DNA from: an uncultured Clostridia bacterium
Lineage (GTDB): Bacteria > Bacillota > Clostridia > Lachnospirales > CAG-274
NCBI GenBank assembly: GCA_947627425.1
Contig: CANQVZ010000005.1
Coordinates: 6,117 to 70,116 of the forward strand
Length of the DNA: 64,000 bases
Direction: 5' to 3'
Positions within the stretch are counted from its first letter, which is position 1. Each line of letters starts with the position of its first letter. The notes under the pieces are model-generated. The model ran no database searches and was not told the origin of the DNA. It was given only the letters and a program-made list of their open reading frames with translations. The translations under genes and the position numbers were made by a program. Below are positions 18,956 to 28,235 of this stretch, piece after piece.

Positions 18956-19798
18956 ATGAAAAAATTCTTAACTGTTTTGGGTACTGTAGTATTGTCAGCT
19001 GCTCTCATAGCAGGCTGCGGAGCGCAGTCGGACAATGAGGGTTCGGCTGCGGAGAGCGCAGACGGCGGAAACACCGTCATAACGGTTGGCGCTTCGCCCG
19101 CTCCCCATGCGGAGATACTCGAGGCTGTAAAGCCCATGCTCGCCGAGCAGGGCATCGATTTACAGATAAAGGAATTCAACGACTATATCCTGCCCAATAA
19201 GGCAACGGAGGACGGCGAGATAGACGCCAACTACTTCCAGCACGGTCCCTACCTTGAGGACTTCAACAACGAAAACGGCACACACCTTGTTCCCGTTGCA
19301 GCCATACACTATGAGCCCTTCGGTCTTTACGCAGGCAAGACGGCTTCAATAGATGAGCTTGCGGACGGCGCAACAATAGCCGTTCCCAACGACGGCACAA
19401 ACGAGGCAAGAGCATTGATGCTCCTTGAGGCACAGGGACTCATCACTCTTAAAGAGGACGCAGGCTTCACAGCAACCAAGCTTGACATTGCCGAAAATCC
19501 CAAGAACCTCAACATACAGGAGATGGAGGCAGCTCAGATAGCAAGAGCGCTTGCCGATGTGGATATGGCAGTCATAAACGGCAACTACGCCATAGAAGCA
19601 GGTCTTAAGGTAAGCGACGCCGCAGCAGTAGAGGATAAGGACTCCGAGGCAGCTCAGACCTACGCAAATGTACTTGTTGTAAAGGAAGGCAACGAGAACA
19701 ACGAGGCTGTAAAGGCACTTGCCGACGCATTGCAGAGCGACACAGCAAAGGAATTTATGGAAACAACATATCAGGGCGCAGTAGTACCCATTTTCTGA
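18956..19798 (+). CDS. metQ: MetQ/NlpA family lipoprotein, methionine-binding
   Basis: Lipobox LIAGCG and the NlpA-family core running from GASPAPHAEIL to NYFQH. Confidence 0.88.
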   Translation: MKKFLTVLGTVVLSAALIAGCGAQSDNEGSAAESADGGNTVITVGASPAPHAEILEAVKPMLAEQGIDLQIKEFNDYILPNKATEDGEIDANYFQHGPYLEDFNNENGTHLVPVAAIHYEPFGLYAGKTASIDELADGATIAVPNDGTNEARALMLLEAQGLITLKEDAGFTATKLDIAENPKNLNIQEMEAAQIARALADVDMAVINGNYAIEAGLKVSDAAAVEDKDSEAAQTYANVLVVKEGNENNEAVKALADALQSDTAKEFMETTYQGAVVPIF

Positions 19799-19817
19799 TA
19801 AATTATGTTTTATATAT

Positions 19818-19853
19818 AAAAAACAGGAGAGCGTTATGCTCTCCCGTTTTTTT
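19818..19853. terminator. Bidirectional intrinsic terminator between convergent genes
   Basis: AAAAAACAGGAGAGC-gttat-GCTCTCCCGTTTTTTT. Confidence 0.85.
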
Positions 19854-19860
19854 ATTTCAT

Positions 19861-22446
19861 CTATTCATAAGTAAGGTCGACGCCCGTGAATACAAATCTG
19901 CCGCCCGTGCTGCCCTGATGATAAATCTCAAAGCCGCCGAAGCCCGTCTGATTTGTTATGGTGCCCGTAAGCTCCACAGGCTCTACCGCAGTGACTGTTC
20001 CGTCGTCACTCGTTGAAGTATAATCCGTTTCGATTTTGGCGCTGAGCTGTGTTCCCTTAAGGCTCAATGTTATAACACAATTTGACCTGAATGTTGAATC
20101 CATAGTCTTTATATCGCCTATGGGAGTGCCCTCGCCGTCCTTATATTCATAGAGCTGGAAGTCAACGCCGTTTGAGAGCGCCGAGCTTCTGGTATATCTT
20201 ATTCCGCAGCCCGTCTGTGTGTCGGGATCATACTTTATAAGAAGCTCCTGATACTGACCTGCGCTGCCAAAGCCCTGTCCCGCATTCTTTTCGGGAGTAA
20301 ACCTTGCAACAGCCGTCATATCGCCGTAATCTGCCGTCGGCTGAGTGTATATTGCTCTGCCGTATCTTGTACCCGTGATTATACCTACGGCATTGTCGGC
20401 ATATGTGCCCGCACCGTTATTATACCACCAGTTGCCTATGAAATTCCATCTGCCCGGCACAGTATCCTTTATACTGTTCAGAAGAGTGTTTCTGTAAGGC
20501 GTTGTGGTGCCGTCGCCGTTGTCTATTGCCGTACCGAGAGTTTCCTCCGTTATAAACGGCGGGTGAGTAACAACGCTTAAGAAATTGGTGCTGAGGTTAT
20601 TATTTACCATATCAGCCGTTATTACATCCGGATATACGAGCGAAACCGCCTCTCCGGGGTCGCTCAATTCGCTCTTGGGGGCTATAGACACCATAATATA
20701 CTTGCCTATGTCGCCCTTGCTGAAGGTATATGTCTTTGTGGGAATATCCCTCTTTGAATCAGCCATTATAAGCGGATTGCTTCCCTGCGCGTCATCACAG
20801 CGATACCAGCTTATAAGAGAGGTATCGTTTGAAGCGGAGCCCAGGTCAAGAGCATAGTCAATGCTGAGGCTGCCTTTATCCTGTTCGGGCTCTCCTCCGC
20901 TATAGCTTGGGTCGAGAATGCATTGCAATATCTCTGCCACATCCCGTGAATCAAGTATACCGTCTCCACTTTCGTCATATTTGTCAACCAGGCTTTCGTC
21001 ACTTTCAAGCACTGCCTTAAGCGCTGCTTCGGCATCCGCTATTTTGTATTTGCCTTCCTGTCCTGAGCTGCCCTCGTCCGTTATAAACTTAGGCTGCATT
21101 GTGAATGTGGGAGCGGGAAGTATACCCGGCTGAACCGTAACTACCGTTTTGTTCTTAACTCCGTTAGAAGCCGTTGCGGTCACAACAGCAGTCGTAACAT
21201 TAAGACTGTCGTTTGCAGCCGTAATAACGCAGCTGTTTCCGTTTGGTGCTATGGTTATGTCACCCTCGGCGGTAAAGCTTACGCTCTGGTCGGCTCCCGC
21301 GGGATAAACGGAGGCGTTTATTGTGACGGGATCATTTCCCGTTCTTACCGTAACAGCGTCATTTACATCTACATACATCGGCATAAAGCCCTTAGCCTCA
21401 TACTGCGTCTTTACGCCTGCGGGATCCCAGCCGTCGTTTCCTCTTAATATATTGTAGGGATTGAAGGCTTCAGCCTGCTCTGCCGTAAGCTCATAACCAC
21501 AGGTATTGTCTATGATTTCGGCAGGCGCTCCCTCATCATTTTTATTGTTATACGACCTGAACATGAACTGTCCCGGAAGTGTGGGCGTCCACTGATAAGC
21601 GCCCTTCTGTGTGGGTATTACGGAATTCATAACCGTTATGGTAGTCCAGCCCTTGCAGAAATATGTGGGTCTGGAATCGGAGGTCTTGTTGAGAAGGAAG
21701 GTACATTTGTTGAATACCACCTTGTTGCCTCCGCCCACTATATGATTGCTGAGAGAATTTATTGTGCTGTCCTCCCAATACTGCTCACCCAAACCGCCCA
21801 TAAAGTCGTTTGTACCCTGTACATAGCAATTCTTGAAATAAGAACGGGCATCACAGCTCATGGTATCGAGTATTGACATAAAATGACAATTTTCATATAT
21901 ATGCTTGTCGCCCATGCCTATGTAAGCAAATGCCTGTGTTTCAACATCAGACCTTCTTTTAAGCGCCTGCGACGGGTCCTTTTCAAACGGCACATCCATA
22001 TTGCAGTAATTATATATGGATATGTTCTTCATTGTAAGTCCCGTACAGCTTGACATGACCGACGCGCTGTTGGCATTTCCAGAAGCGCCCTGATTGTTGC
22101 CCCTGTTGTCGGCAAGCACAACATCCTCCGCCTTGTCGCTGTCGCCTATGATGGTGAGATAATCCTTATCTATTATAAGTCCGTTCACCTTATCATCGCC
22201 GTTCATGAGATAAACGCCCGGCTTTATCCTTATGACCGTGGGGTTGTCCTCCGTGCCTGCGGGCGCAGCCGCAACAGCCTCCTGAACTGTCTTATAGGTG
22301 TTCGCCGATGGGTCGCTTGCGGCTATAGACCTGTCGACTACAATCTCCGTACCCTCGGCGCCGAATGTCATACAGCCGAAGGACATAAGAGAAACAGCAG
22401 GCAGCAGAACACATGCCGCTAAAATTCTTTTTAAATTTCCTTTCAT
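19861..22446 (-). CDS. Secreted multidomain protein. It has an N-terminal pectinesterase-like (CE8 / pectin-lyase fold) beta-helix, an Ig-like region, a dockerin-like EF-hand segment and a large C-terminal beta-rich domain.
   Basis: It has a signal peptide. QGTNDFMGG resembles the CE8 motif QGTVDFIFG, and SILDTM sits at the position of YQDT. DESGDGILDSRDVAEILQCIL resembles a dockerin repeat. Confidence 0.6.
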   Translation of the reverse strand: MKGNLKRILAACVLLPAVSLMSFGCMTFGAEGTEIVVDRSIAASDPSANTYKTVQEAVAAAPAGTEDNPTVIRIKPGVYLMNGDDKVNGLIIDKDYLTIIGDSDKAEDVVLADNRGNNQGASGNANSASVMSSCTGLTMKNISIYNYCNMDVPFEKDPSQALKRRSDVETQAFAYIGMGDKHIYENCHFMSILDTMSCDARSYFKNCYVQGTNDFMGGLGEQYWEDSTINSLSNHIVGGGNKVVFNKCTFLLNKTSDSRPTYFCKGWTTITVMNSVIPTQKGAYQWTPTLPGQFMFRSYNNKNDEGAPAEIIDNTCGYELTAEQAEAFNPYNILRGNDGWDPAGVKTQYEAKGFMPMYVDVNDAVTVRTGNDPVTINASVYPAGADQSVSFTAEGDITIAPNGNSCVITAANDSLNVTTAVVTATASNGVKNKTVVTVQPGILPAPTFTMQPKFITDEGSSGQEGKYKIADAEAALKAVLESDESLVDKYDESGDGILDSRDVAEILQCILDPSYSGGEPEQDKGSLSIDYALDLGSASNDTSLISWYRCDDAQGSNPLIMADSKRDIPTKTYTFSKGDIGKYIMVSIAPKSELSDPGEAVSLVYPDVITADMVNNNLSTNFLSVVTHPPFITEETLGTAIDNGDGTTTPYRNTLLNSIKDTVPGRWNFIGNWWYNNGAGTYADNAVGIITGTRYGRAIYTQPTADYGDMTAVARFTPEKNAGQGFGSAGQYQELLIKYDPDTQTGCGIRYTRSSALSNGVDFQLYEYKDGEGTPIGDIKTMDSTFRSNCVITLSLKGTQLSAKIETDYTSTSDDGTVTAVEPVELTGTITNQTGFGGFEIYHQGSTGGRFVFTGVDLTYE

Positions 22447-22729
22447 TGTATTACCTCCATTCTTTTTTGTTTAATTTAATTATAAAACTTCTGTCACATA
22501 ATAGCTATGAAAAAATAATTTTCTAATCAAAAATTAACATATAGAGTTGGTTTAGGTAATAAACTGTAGATTCAGCACTTTTGTTATGCCGATTCTTACG
22601 CCATTTGGAGAACTTATATATGCATTATATAGCTCTCAGATGTCCGCTGCGAAAGAAATCGATTACGATGCATTCTCTCTCAGTCGCTATATAGGCATCG
22701 GCTCCCTTCGAGAGGGGCATTTTATTTTT

Positions 22730-23260
22730 TTACTTCACATCTATATGACACATCTTCATGGTGTCGAGTGCTTTTTGGTGGCTTTCGGGTGTAACGCCCG
22801 CGCAGCAGCTGCTATCTACGCTTATATTCACCTCGGGCATAAACGCCTTGAGGAGGAGGGCGTTGCTTATGACGCATATGTCCGTGCAAAGTCCTATAAG
22901 CTCTATTTCTATGGGCTCTTTCTCATTTTCAGTCTTAAGAAGCTCCGCAAGCTCCTTTGAGCCGAAAGTGGGCTTGTCTATAATGCGCGCTCCCCTAAGG
23001 GCTTTCTTTATTTCGCTCTGTATTTCCCAGCCGTCCGTTCCCTTTATGCAGTGTTTAACGGGAAGATGCTTTCCCTCGTTTGTGTCCATGTAGTTCTCGC
23101 TGTGTGTGTCCCTTGTGGCATATATGTTTTCGGAAGGGTAGGACTTTATTTTTCCTATGGCGTTTTTTACTATCGCCTGCGCCTCTTTTGTACCGAGAGC
23201 GCCGTCTATAAAGTCATTTTGCAGGTCTACGGCAATAAGTATTTTTTTCATATTTTTCAC
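22730..23260 (-). CDS. Isochorismatase-family cysteine hydrolase (nicotinamidase/pyrazinamidase-like)
   Basis: ILIAVDLQNDF and GLCTDICV fit the D-K-C triad context. Confidence 0.8.
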   Translation of the reverse strand: MKNMKKILIAVDLQNDFIDGALGTKEAQAIVKNAIGKIKSYPSENIYATRDTHSENYMDTNEGKHLPVKHCIKGTDGWEIQSEIKKALRGARIIDKPTFGSKELAELLKTENEKEPIEIELIGLCTDICVISNALLLKAFMPEVNISVDSSCCAGVTPESHQKALDTMKMCHIDVK

Positions 23261-23263
23261 TCC

Positions 23264-23878
23264 TCAAATTTTGGTTATTTTTTCTCTTACGCGCTTTCCG
23301 AAGGTTTTTTCGTATGGCATAATATATTCCTTATAGCCAAGGCGCTTTCCCTTTGAAAGCACCTCCATATCAGTGCCGAAAAGACAGACTTCAAGCCCTG
23401 TTTCGCTGAGTCCGTTCCTTTGGTAGAATTGTTTTCTTTTAAGTCTTTTCTCCAAATCGGGGCAGTCTGTTTTTGTGCTCTCTATTTCAAGATAGAATGT
23501 ATGATTTTTGTATCTCTCGGTCATTATTCCCAGAGCCTCGGAGCCTAAGCCTCTGCCTCTCATGCTCTTTTCTATGGCATAGTAGAGCAGAAGCGCCTTG
23601 TCCCCGCAGACGAGCATCACGGCAAATCCCGTAAAGCTTCTGTTTTGTATTATGCTGAGTATATCGAGTTTTCCCTTGAAGCTGTCTGCGATCATAAGCC
23701 AAAACGGCATTCTCTCGCACTTCGGGAAGGCTTCGTTATAAAGCTTTTTTACTCTGTGAATATCCTTAAGCGCCGTCTTTTTTATTTCCATGCTCATTGT
23801 AATGCTGTTGTGGTTTCCGTGACGTTTATCTGAGCCATATTTTCGGAAAGTATGGAAAGATTCCTGTATGTTATGCAC
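23264..23878 (-). CDS. GNAT family N-acetyltransferase
   Basis: Acetyl-CoA binding motif RGRGLGSEAL. The true start may be the internal ATG at 23797 (MSMEIKK). Confidence 0.7.
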   Translation of the reverse strand: MHNIQESFHTFRKYGSDKRHGNHNSITMSMEIKKTALKDIHRVKKLYNEAFPKCERMPFWLMIADSFKGKLDILSIIQNRSFTGFAVMLVCGDKALLLYYAIEKSMRGRGLGSEALGIMTERYKNHTFYLEIESTKTDCPDLEKRLKRKQFYQRNGLSETGLEVCLFGTDMEVLSKGKRLGYKEYIMPYEKTFGKRVREKITKI

Positions 23879-23944
23879 GCGAATATCACAAAGAGCACAA
23901 GCGCTATAACGAGCACTATTTCGGCTGTTTTTAAATTCTTTTTC

Positions 23945-25108
23945 TTATCCATTTTGTCTGCCTCCGAACCAGTTTTCTATGTCGCTCCAATTGCAGCTCA
24001 CGGAGCCTTGAGCAAAGAAGGGCTTTCCTCCGCCTCTGCCGTTTAAAGCGGAATTCATATCCTTAACAAATTGTCTTAGGTCGCCGTCCTTTTCGCACAC
24101 GGCGTATTTGTAGCCCTCGCCGTCACTTCCCGAAAATACTGCCGTAACGCCCTTACAGCCGCTTTCCATGAGCATATTTGCAAGATTTCTCACTGCGTTG
24201 GGGTCAAGACCCTTTTCGTTTATGAGCACATCGGATTTGCCCGCATATTCCCTTGTTATGCTTTCAAGCTTTGCGTTCTGTGCCTCCGTTAGGGCATTTT
24301 TAAGGGACTGATTTTCATTCAGCAGTCTTTCGACTGCGCCCGCAGTCTCCTTTACCTTTGCGGAGAGGAGGTTTGATATTTCCTTGTTCTGCTCCGCTAT
24401 CTCCGTTATGTGGTCAAAGGCGCGCTTTCCGCAGAGCATTTCTATCCTTACTCCGCCCTTGTGGCTCTGGCAGGAGAACATTTTTATTATGCCGAGTTCT
24501 CCGCTTCTTTTAACATGAGTGCCACAGCAGGCGCACATATCCGCTCTGGGAAATTCCACAAGCCTCACGCTGCCCTCAAGCTCCTTTTTGCTCCTGTAGT
24601 CTATATTTTTCAGCTCCTCGCCCTCGGCTGTGAATATTCTGCACTCCGTGTCCGACCACACATAGCGGTTGGCTTCAAGCTCTATCTCCTGCACCTGCGC
24701 CCATGTCAGCTCGCCGTCGAGGTCAAGAGTTATCATGTCCGCGCCCATGTGGAAGCCCACATTGTTGTAGCCGTATTTCCTGTGGAAAAGTCCGCTCACT
24801 ATGTGCTCCGCCGAGTGCTGCTGCATGAGATCGAAGCGCCTCTCCCAGTCTATAACGCCCTTTACGGCACTTCCCTTTTCAAGGGGCTTGTCTATGTAAT
24901 GTACGACATCCTCGCCTTTTTCGCCCACATATATTATGTCAGCATCGCCGAGCGTACCCATATCGCAGGGCTGACCTCCGCCCTCGGGATAGAAGGCAGT
25001 GTTGTCGAGTATGGCGGCGTAGCCTTTTTTGTCCTCCTCACAGCTTAAGACCGTGGCTGTAAATTCCTTCATATAAGCGTCCTTGTAATATAATCTGTTC
25101 ATGTCCAT
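23945..25108 (-). CDS. Alanyl-tRNA editing protein, AlaX-L type (tRNA synthetase class II core-less, SAD plus DHHA1)
   Basis: Zinc motifs HSAEH and CCGTHV. 387 aa. Confidence 0.8.
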   Translation of the reverse strand: MDMNRLYYKDAYMKEFTATVLSCEEDKKGYAAILDNTAFYPEGGGQPCDMGTLGDADIIYVGEKGEDVVHYIDKPLEKGSAVKGVIDWERRFDLMQQHSAEHIVSGLFHRKYGYNNVGFHMGADMITLDLDGELTWAQVQEIELEANRYVWSDTECRIFTAEGEELKNIDYRSKKELEGSVRLVEFPRADMCACCGTHVKRSGELGIIKMFSCQSHKGGVRIEMLCGKRAFDHITEIAEQNKEISNLLSAKVKETAGAVERLLNENQSLKNALTEAQNAKLESITREYAGKSDVLINEKGLDPNAVRNLANMLMESGCKGVTAVFSGSDGEGYKYAVCEKDGDLRQFVKDMNSALNGRGGGKPFFAQGSVSCNWSDIENWFGGRQNG

Positions 25109-25122
25109 AATATTCTCTCCTT

Positions 25123-26433
25123 TTATATCAATTTGGCATACATAGTTTCCTCCGCCGCAATTTCGGTAAGCCTTACCGTTTCAATGCGGTTTGACAGCTC
25201 TCTGTCCGTTTTCACGAGCACCTTTATATAGTTTTCGGTGTGTCCCTCTTGGTAATCTCCGTTTTTTCTTTCAAAGAGCACAGCTGTTTTTCTGCCTATG
25301 AAAGCCGACATAAATTCTCTGTTGAGCCTTTCGCTAAGCTCCAGCATTTTGTGCGTCCTGTCGTTTTTAACCTCGGGAGCGACCTGCGGGCGCATCCTTG
25401 CGGCAGGCGTTCCGGGCTTGGGAGAGTAGGGGAATACGTGTATTTTGCTTAGCCTCACCCTTTCGGCAAAGGCATAGCTTTCTTTAAAGTCCTCGTCGGT
25501 CTCCGTGGGGAAGCCCACTATTATGTCCGTGGTTATAGCCGCGTCGGGATATACCCGCCTTATGTTTTCGCATACAGCCTCGTATTCCTCGGCGGTGTAG
25601 CGCCTGTTCATGGCTTTGAGCGTTCTGCTGCAGCCGCTCTGCAGTGAAAGATGGAAATGCCCGCATACCTTTTCAAGCGCCGACATTCTCTTAAGAAATT
25701 CATCGTCCACAGCCTTTGGCTCCATGGAGCTGAAGCGTATGCGCTCTATGCCCTCCGTGCCGTGCACTCTTTCCACTATATCCGCAAGGGATATGTCCCC
25801 CAAGTCCAAGCCGTAGCTTGCAACGTGTATGCCCGTCAGCACTATTTCCTTGAAGCCGTTTTCGGCAAGCCTTTTTACCTCGCTTATTATGTCGTTGGGC
25901 TGTCTGCTCCTTACGGGTCCTCTTGCGTAGGGTATTATGCAGTAGGAGCAATAGCGGTTGCAGCCCTCCTGTATCTTTATGTAGGCTCTTGTCCTGTCCT
26001 TGAGCTTTGTTATTTTAAGCGGTTCAAATGTATTTTCGCTCTTTATGTCGCTCACGGCATTCAGCGCGCCCTGTTCGGGATCGTAGCTTTCCACAATGTC
26101 AACTATGTTGGCTCTGTTTTTTGTGCCTATTATTATGTTTATGCCCTCTATGCTCATTACTTCCTCGGGCGATGTCTGGGTGTAGCAGCCGGCGGCAACT
26201 ATTATTGCGCTGTCGTTGAGCCGTCTTGCGCGCCTTATCATCTGGCGCGATTTTTTGTCGCCGAAGTTGGTGACGGTGCAAGTGTTTATGACATATATAT
26301 CCGCCTTTTTGTCAAAGTCGGTGATCTCATAGCCTCTTGAAGCAAAAAGCTCCGCCATTGCCTCGCTGTCATAAAAATTGACCTTACAGCCGAGAGTTGC
26401 AAATGCAATTTTTTTCATATTTATTCTCTCCAT
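25123..26433 (-). CDS. mtaB: tRNA t6A37 methylthiotransferase MtaB (radical SAM, MiaB-like)
   Basis: UPF0004 N-domain, radical SAM motif CNRYCSYC, and a TRAM-like C-terminus. The likely start is MKKIAFATLGC at 26418. Confidence 0.85.
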   Translation of the reverse strand: MERINMKKIAFATLGCKVNFYDSEAMAELFASRGYEITDFDKKADIYVINTCTVTNFGDKKSRQMIRRARRLNDSAIIVAAGCYTQTSPEEVMSIEGINIIIGTKNRANIVDIVESYDPEQGALNAVSDIKSENTFEPLKITKLKDRTRAYIKIQEGCNRYCSYCIIPYARGPVRSRQPNDIISEVKRLAENGFKEIVLTGIHVASYGLDLGDISLADIVERVHGTEGIERIRFSSMEPKAVDDEFLKRMSALEKVCGHFHLSLQSGCSRTLKAMNRRYTAEEYEAVCENIRRVYPDAAITTDIIVGFPTETDEDFKESYAFAERVRLSKIHVFPYSPKPGTPAARMRPQVAPEVKNDRTHKMLELSERLNREFMSAFIGRKTAVLFERKNGDYQEGHTENYIKVLVKTDRELSNRIETVRLTEIAAEETMYAKLI

Positions 26434-26524
26434 AGTAAAAAAATTGAAAAATACTATTTCTATTTTAACAGAAATATGTTATATTTAAAAGTAGAATTTA
26501 ATATTTTTTTTAAGGAGTTTGCAT

Positions 26525-27946
26525 ATGGCTAAAACAATTGATGAAAAAAAGCTGGTAGAGCTTGTGGAATACAGATTAAAGGATGTGCTTCTGACACTTA
26601 TATATGATGTTGCGGACAATGCCGCGTTAAAATCGGAATATGTACTGCCAAAGTGCATATCGGAAATATACGACGACATAAGCAAAGCCTATATAAAGCT
26701 TGGAGATGTATTTGAAACAACGGAAAGGTCGGAGTTTGAGGCAGAGCTTAAGGACATAACGGACAAAATAGTAAAAAGCGCCGTCAATATAAACAGATAT
26801 ACATCCTCCAACGAGGCTCTGGGTCAGAAAGCGCTGCGTATGTATAAGCTTTCGGACATAGAGGAAATAGGAGACGAGGTGCCTCTCAACAACGGCAGAG
26901 TGGCAGAGCTGGTAAAGGGATATGTAAGCGGGCTTAAGGATGACTATGCCGACAACTTCAAGAAGGCGGAAATAATATCCTCTCTCCCGCTTAGAATGAC
27001 AAGAGATCGCTTTGCCGACTATGTAAGGCGCGGTGTAAAGCTGCTTGCAGACGGACTTCCCGAAGGCTTTGCGCAGTCGAGCATTTCGAGACTGAAGGAT
27101 ATATTTTATGCCGACTGTGAAAATGAATTCCAAAAGGACCTTCCTCTTATGTATGAAAAGCTCAAGTCCACGGAGGAGAGCCTTTCGGAGCTTGACAGCG
27201 AGGCGCTTACAGAAGCTATGGATGACATAGACGGCAATTTGAGCGCACTTGGCGAAATGTACAACATTCTTGAGTTTTATTACAGCCACGTTATAGATAT
27301 GAGTATACTTTCGCTCTTTGTTGTGGACTCGGATCTTATATTCGGCGACGATATGGTGCTCAAGGATCTTTACTTTGCGCTTAAGGAAATGCTTTCAACG
27401 GGCGATAAGAGCCTCAAGGATGATATTCTGGAAAGAACGGGCGATGAGATAAGCGACCGTTTTGACAAATTCAGACCGCAGGAGGAGAAAATGCTCAAGC
27501 TTATTAATTCTCTTAAGAGCGAGGAATATGAAGCGCTTGACGAAAACATAAAAACCACACTGAATGTCAGCAATACTATCAACAGTATGTATTCCGGCGA
27601 GCTAAACGAGCGAATTATGCTTGCGGGCGGTGAGGATGAGGACATTGACAAGGCTGTAGATGGTCTTATAGAATATATAAATAATGTCACGGAGAATATG
27701 CAAAACAGCGAAAAAAAGCTTATCAAGCAGATCTTTCTGGGACATATCCCCACGCCTATGTCAAATGAGGAGCTTTGCGAATATTGCGGTTATGCTCTTG
27801 ACGGTATAAACGACAAAAGCATAAGTCTTATGACCTACAGCGATATTTTCCATATCATTGATGATGAGGATGATGAGGATGACGAGCATGAGCATCATCA
27901 CCATCATCATGACCATGAGCATTGCGGCTGCGGGCATGAACATTAA
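26525..27946 (+). CDS. Hypothetical acidic helical protein with a His/Cys-rich C-terminal tail
   Basis: 473 aa. AAGGAG RBS 7 nt upstream of the ATG at 26525. The tail is DDEDDEDDEHEHHHHHHDHEHCGCGHEH. I recognise no family. Confidence 0.7.
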   Translation: MAKTIDEKKLVELVEYRLKDVLLTLIYDVADNAALKSEYVLPKCISEIYDDISKAYIKLGDVFETTERSEFEAELKDITDKIVKSAVNINRYTSSNEALGQKALRMYKLSDIEEIGDEVPLNNGRVAELVKGYVSGLKDDYADNFKKAEIISSLPLRMTRDRFADYVRRGVKLLADGLPEGFAQSSISRLKDIFYADCENEFQKDLPLMYEKLKSTEESLSELDSEALTEAMDDIDGNLSALGEMYNILEFYYSHVIDMSILSLFVVDSDLIFGDDMVLKDLYFALKEMLSTGDKSLKDDILERTGDEISDRFDKFRPQEEKMLKLINSLKSEEYEALDENIKTTLNVSNTINSMYSGELNERIMLAGGEDEDIDKAVDGLIEYINNVTENMQNSEKKLIKQIFLGHIPTPMSNEELCEYCGYALDGINDKSISLMTYSDIFHIIDDEDDEDDEHEHHHHHHDHEHCGCGHEH

Positions 27947-27957
27947 TATTGTTTAAA

Positions 27958-27997
27958 TAAAAAAATTCAGTACCCAATAAAGGATACTGAATTTTTT
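27958..27997. repeat. Left copy of the 40-bp direct repeat (terminator hairpin) bounding the islet
   Basis: TAAAAAAATTCAGTACCCAATAAAGGATACTGAATTTTTT is identical to 31545-31584. It forms the stem TTCAGTA...TACTGAA, flanked by an A-run and a T-run. Confidence 0.9.
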
Positions 27998-28142
27998 CAT
28001 GTTTAAGGCTGTTTAAGTTGCTATGTGTTTAATATATGTTGAAAATACATTAACTATTATACAGCTTTTATATTTGCAACATAAATACATGGTTTATTTA
28101 TATTTTGTTATTATCCAAATGAAAATTTTTAAAAGAATTAAA

Positions 28143-28171
28143 TTGACAAGTTTGTGGAAATATGATAGAAT
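28143..28171 (+). promoter_or_regulatory. Sigma-A type promoter of the HTH-ImmA gene
   Basis: TTGACA, a 17-nt spacer, then TAGAAT. Confidence 0.5.
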
Positions 28172-28235
28172 AAAGTTGTTACCAAATAGGTAAGAAAAAT
28201 AAAAAAATTGAGTTTCAAAGAAAGGGCTATGTGAT

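Noticed and set aside
22681-22730. Possible terminator hairpin GGCTCCCTTCGAGAGGGGC downstream of the isochorismatase-family gene
   Set aside because: The arms are not properly complementary when checked base by base.
24410-26340. Plus-strand ORFs of 212 aa (24410-25048) and 229 aa (25651-26340). Similar antisense ORFs occur at 26627-27289, 37010-37558, 38638-39081, 48417-49115, 55708-56169 and 60253-60705.
   Set aside because: Each is antisense to a confidently identified gene: AlaX-like, mtaB, the His-tail protein, tpiA, gpmI, the PBP, atpG and the ABC ATPase. They lack an RBS and have aberrant composition.
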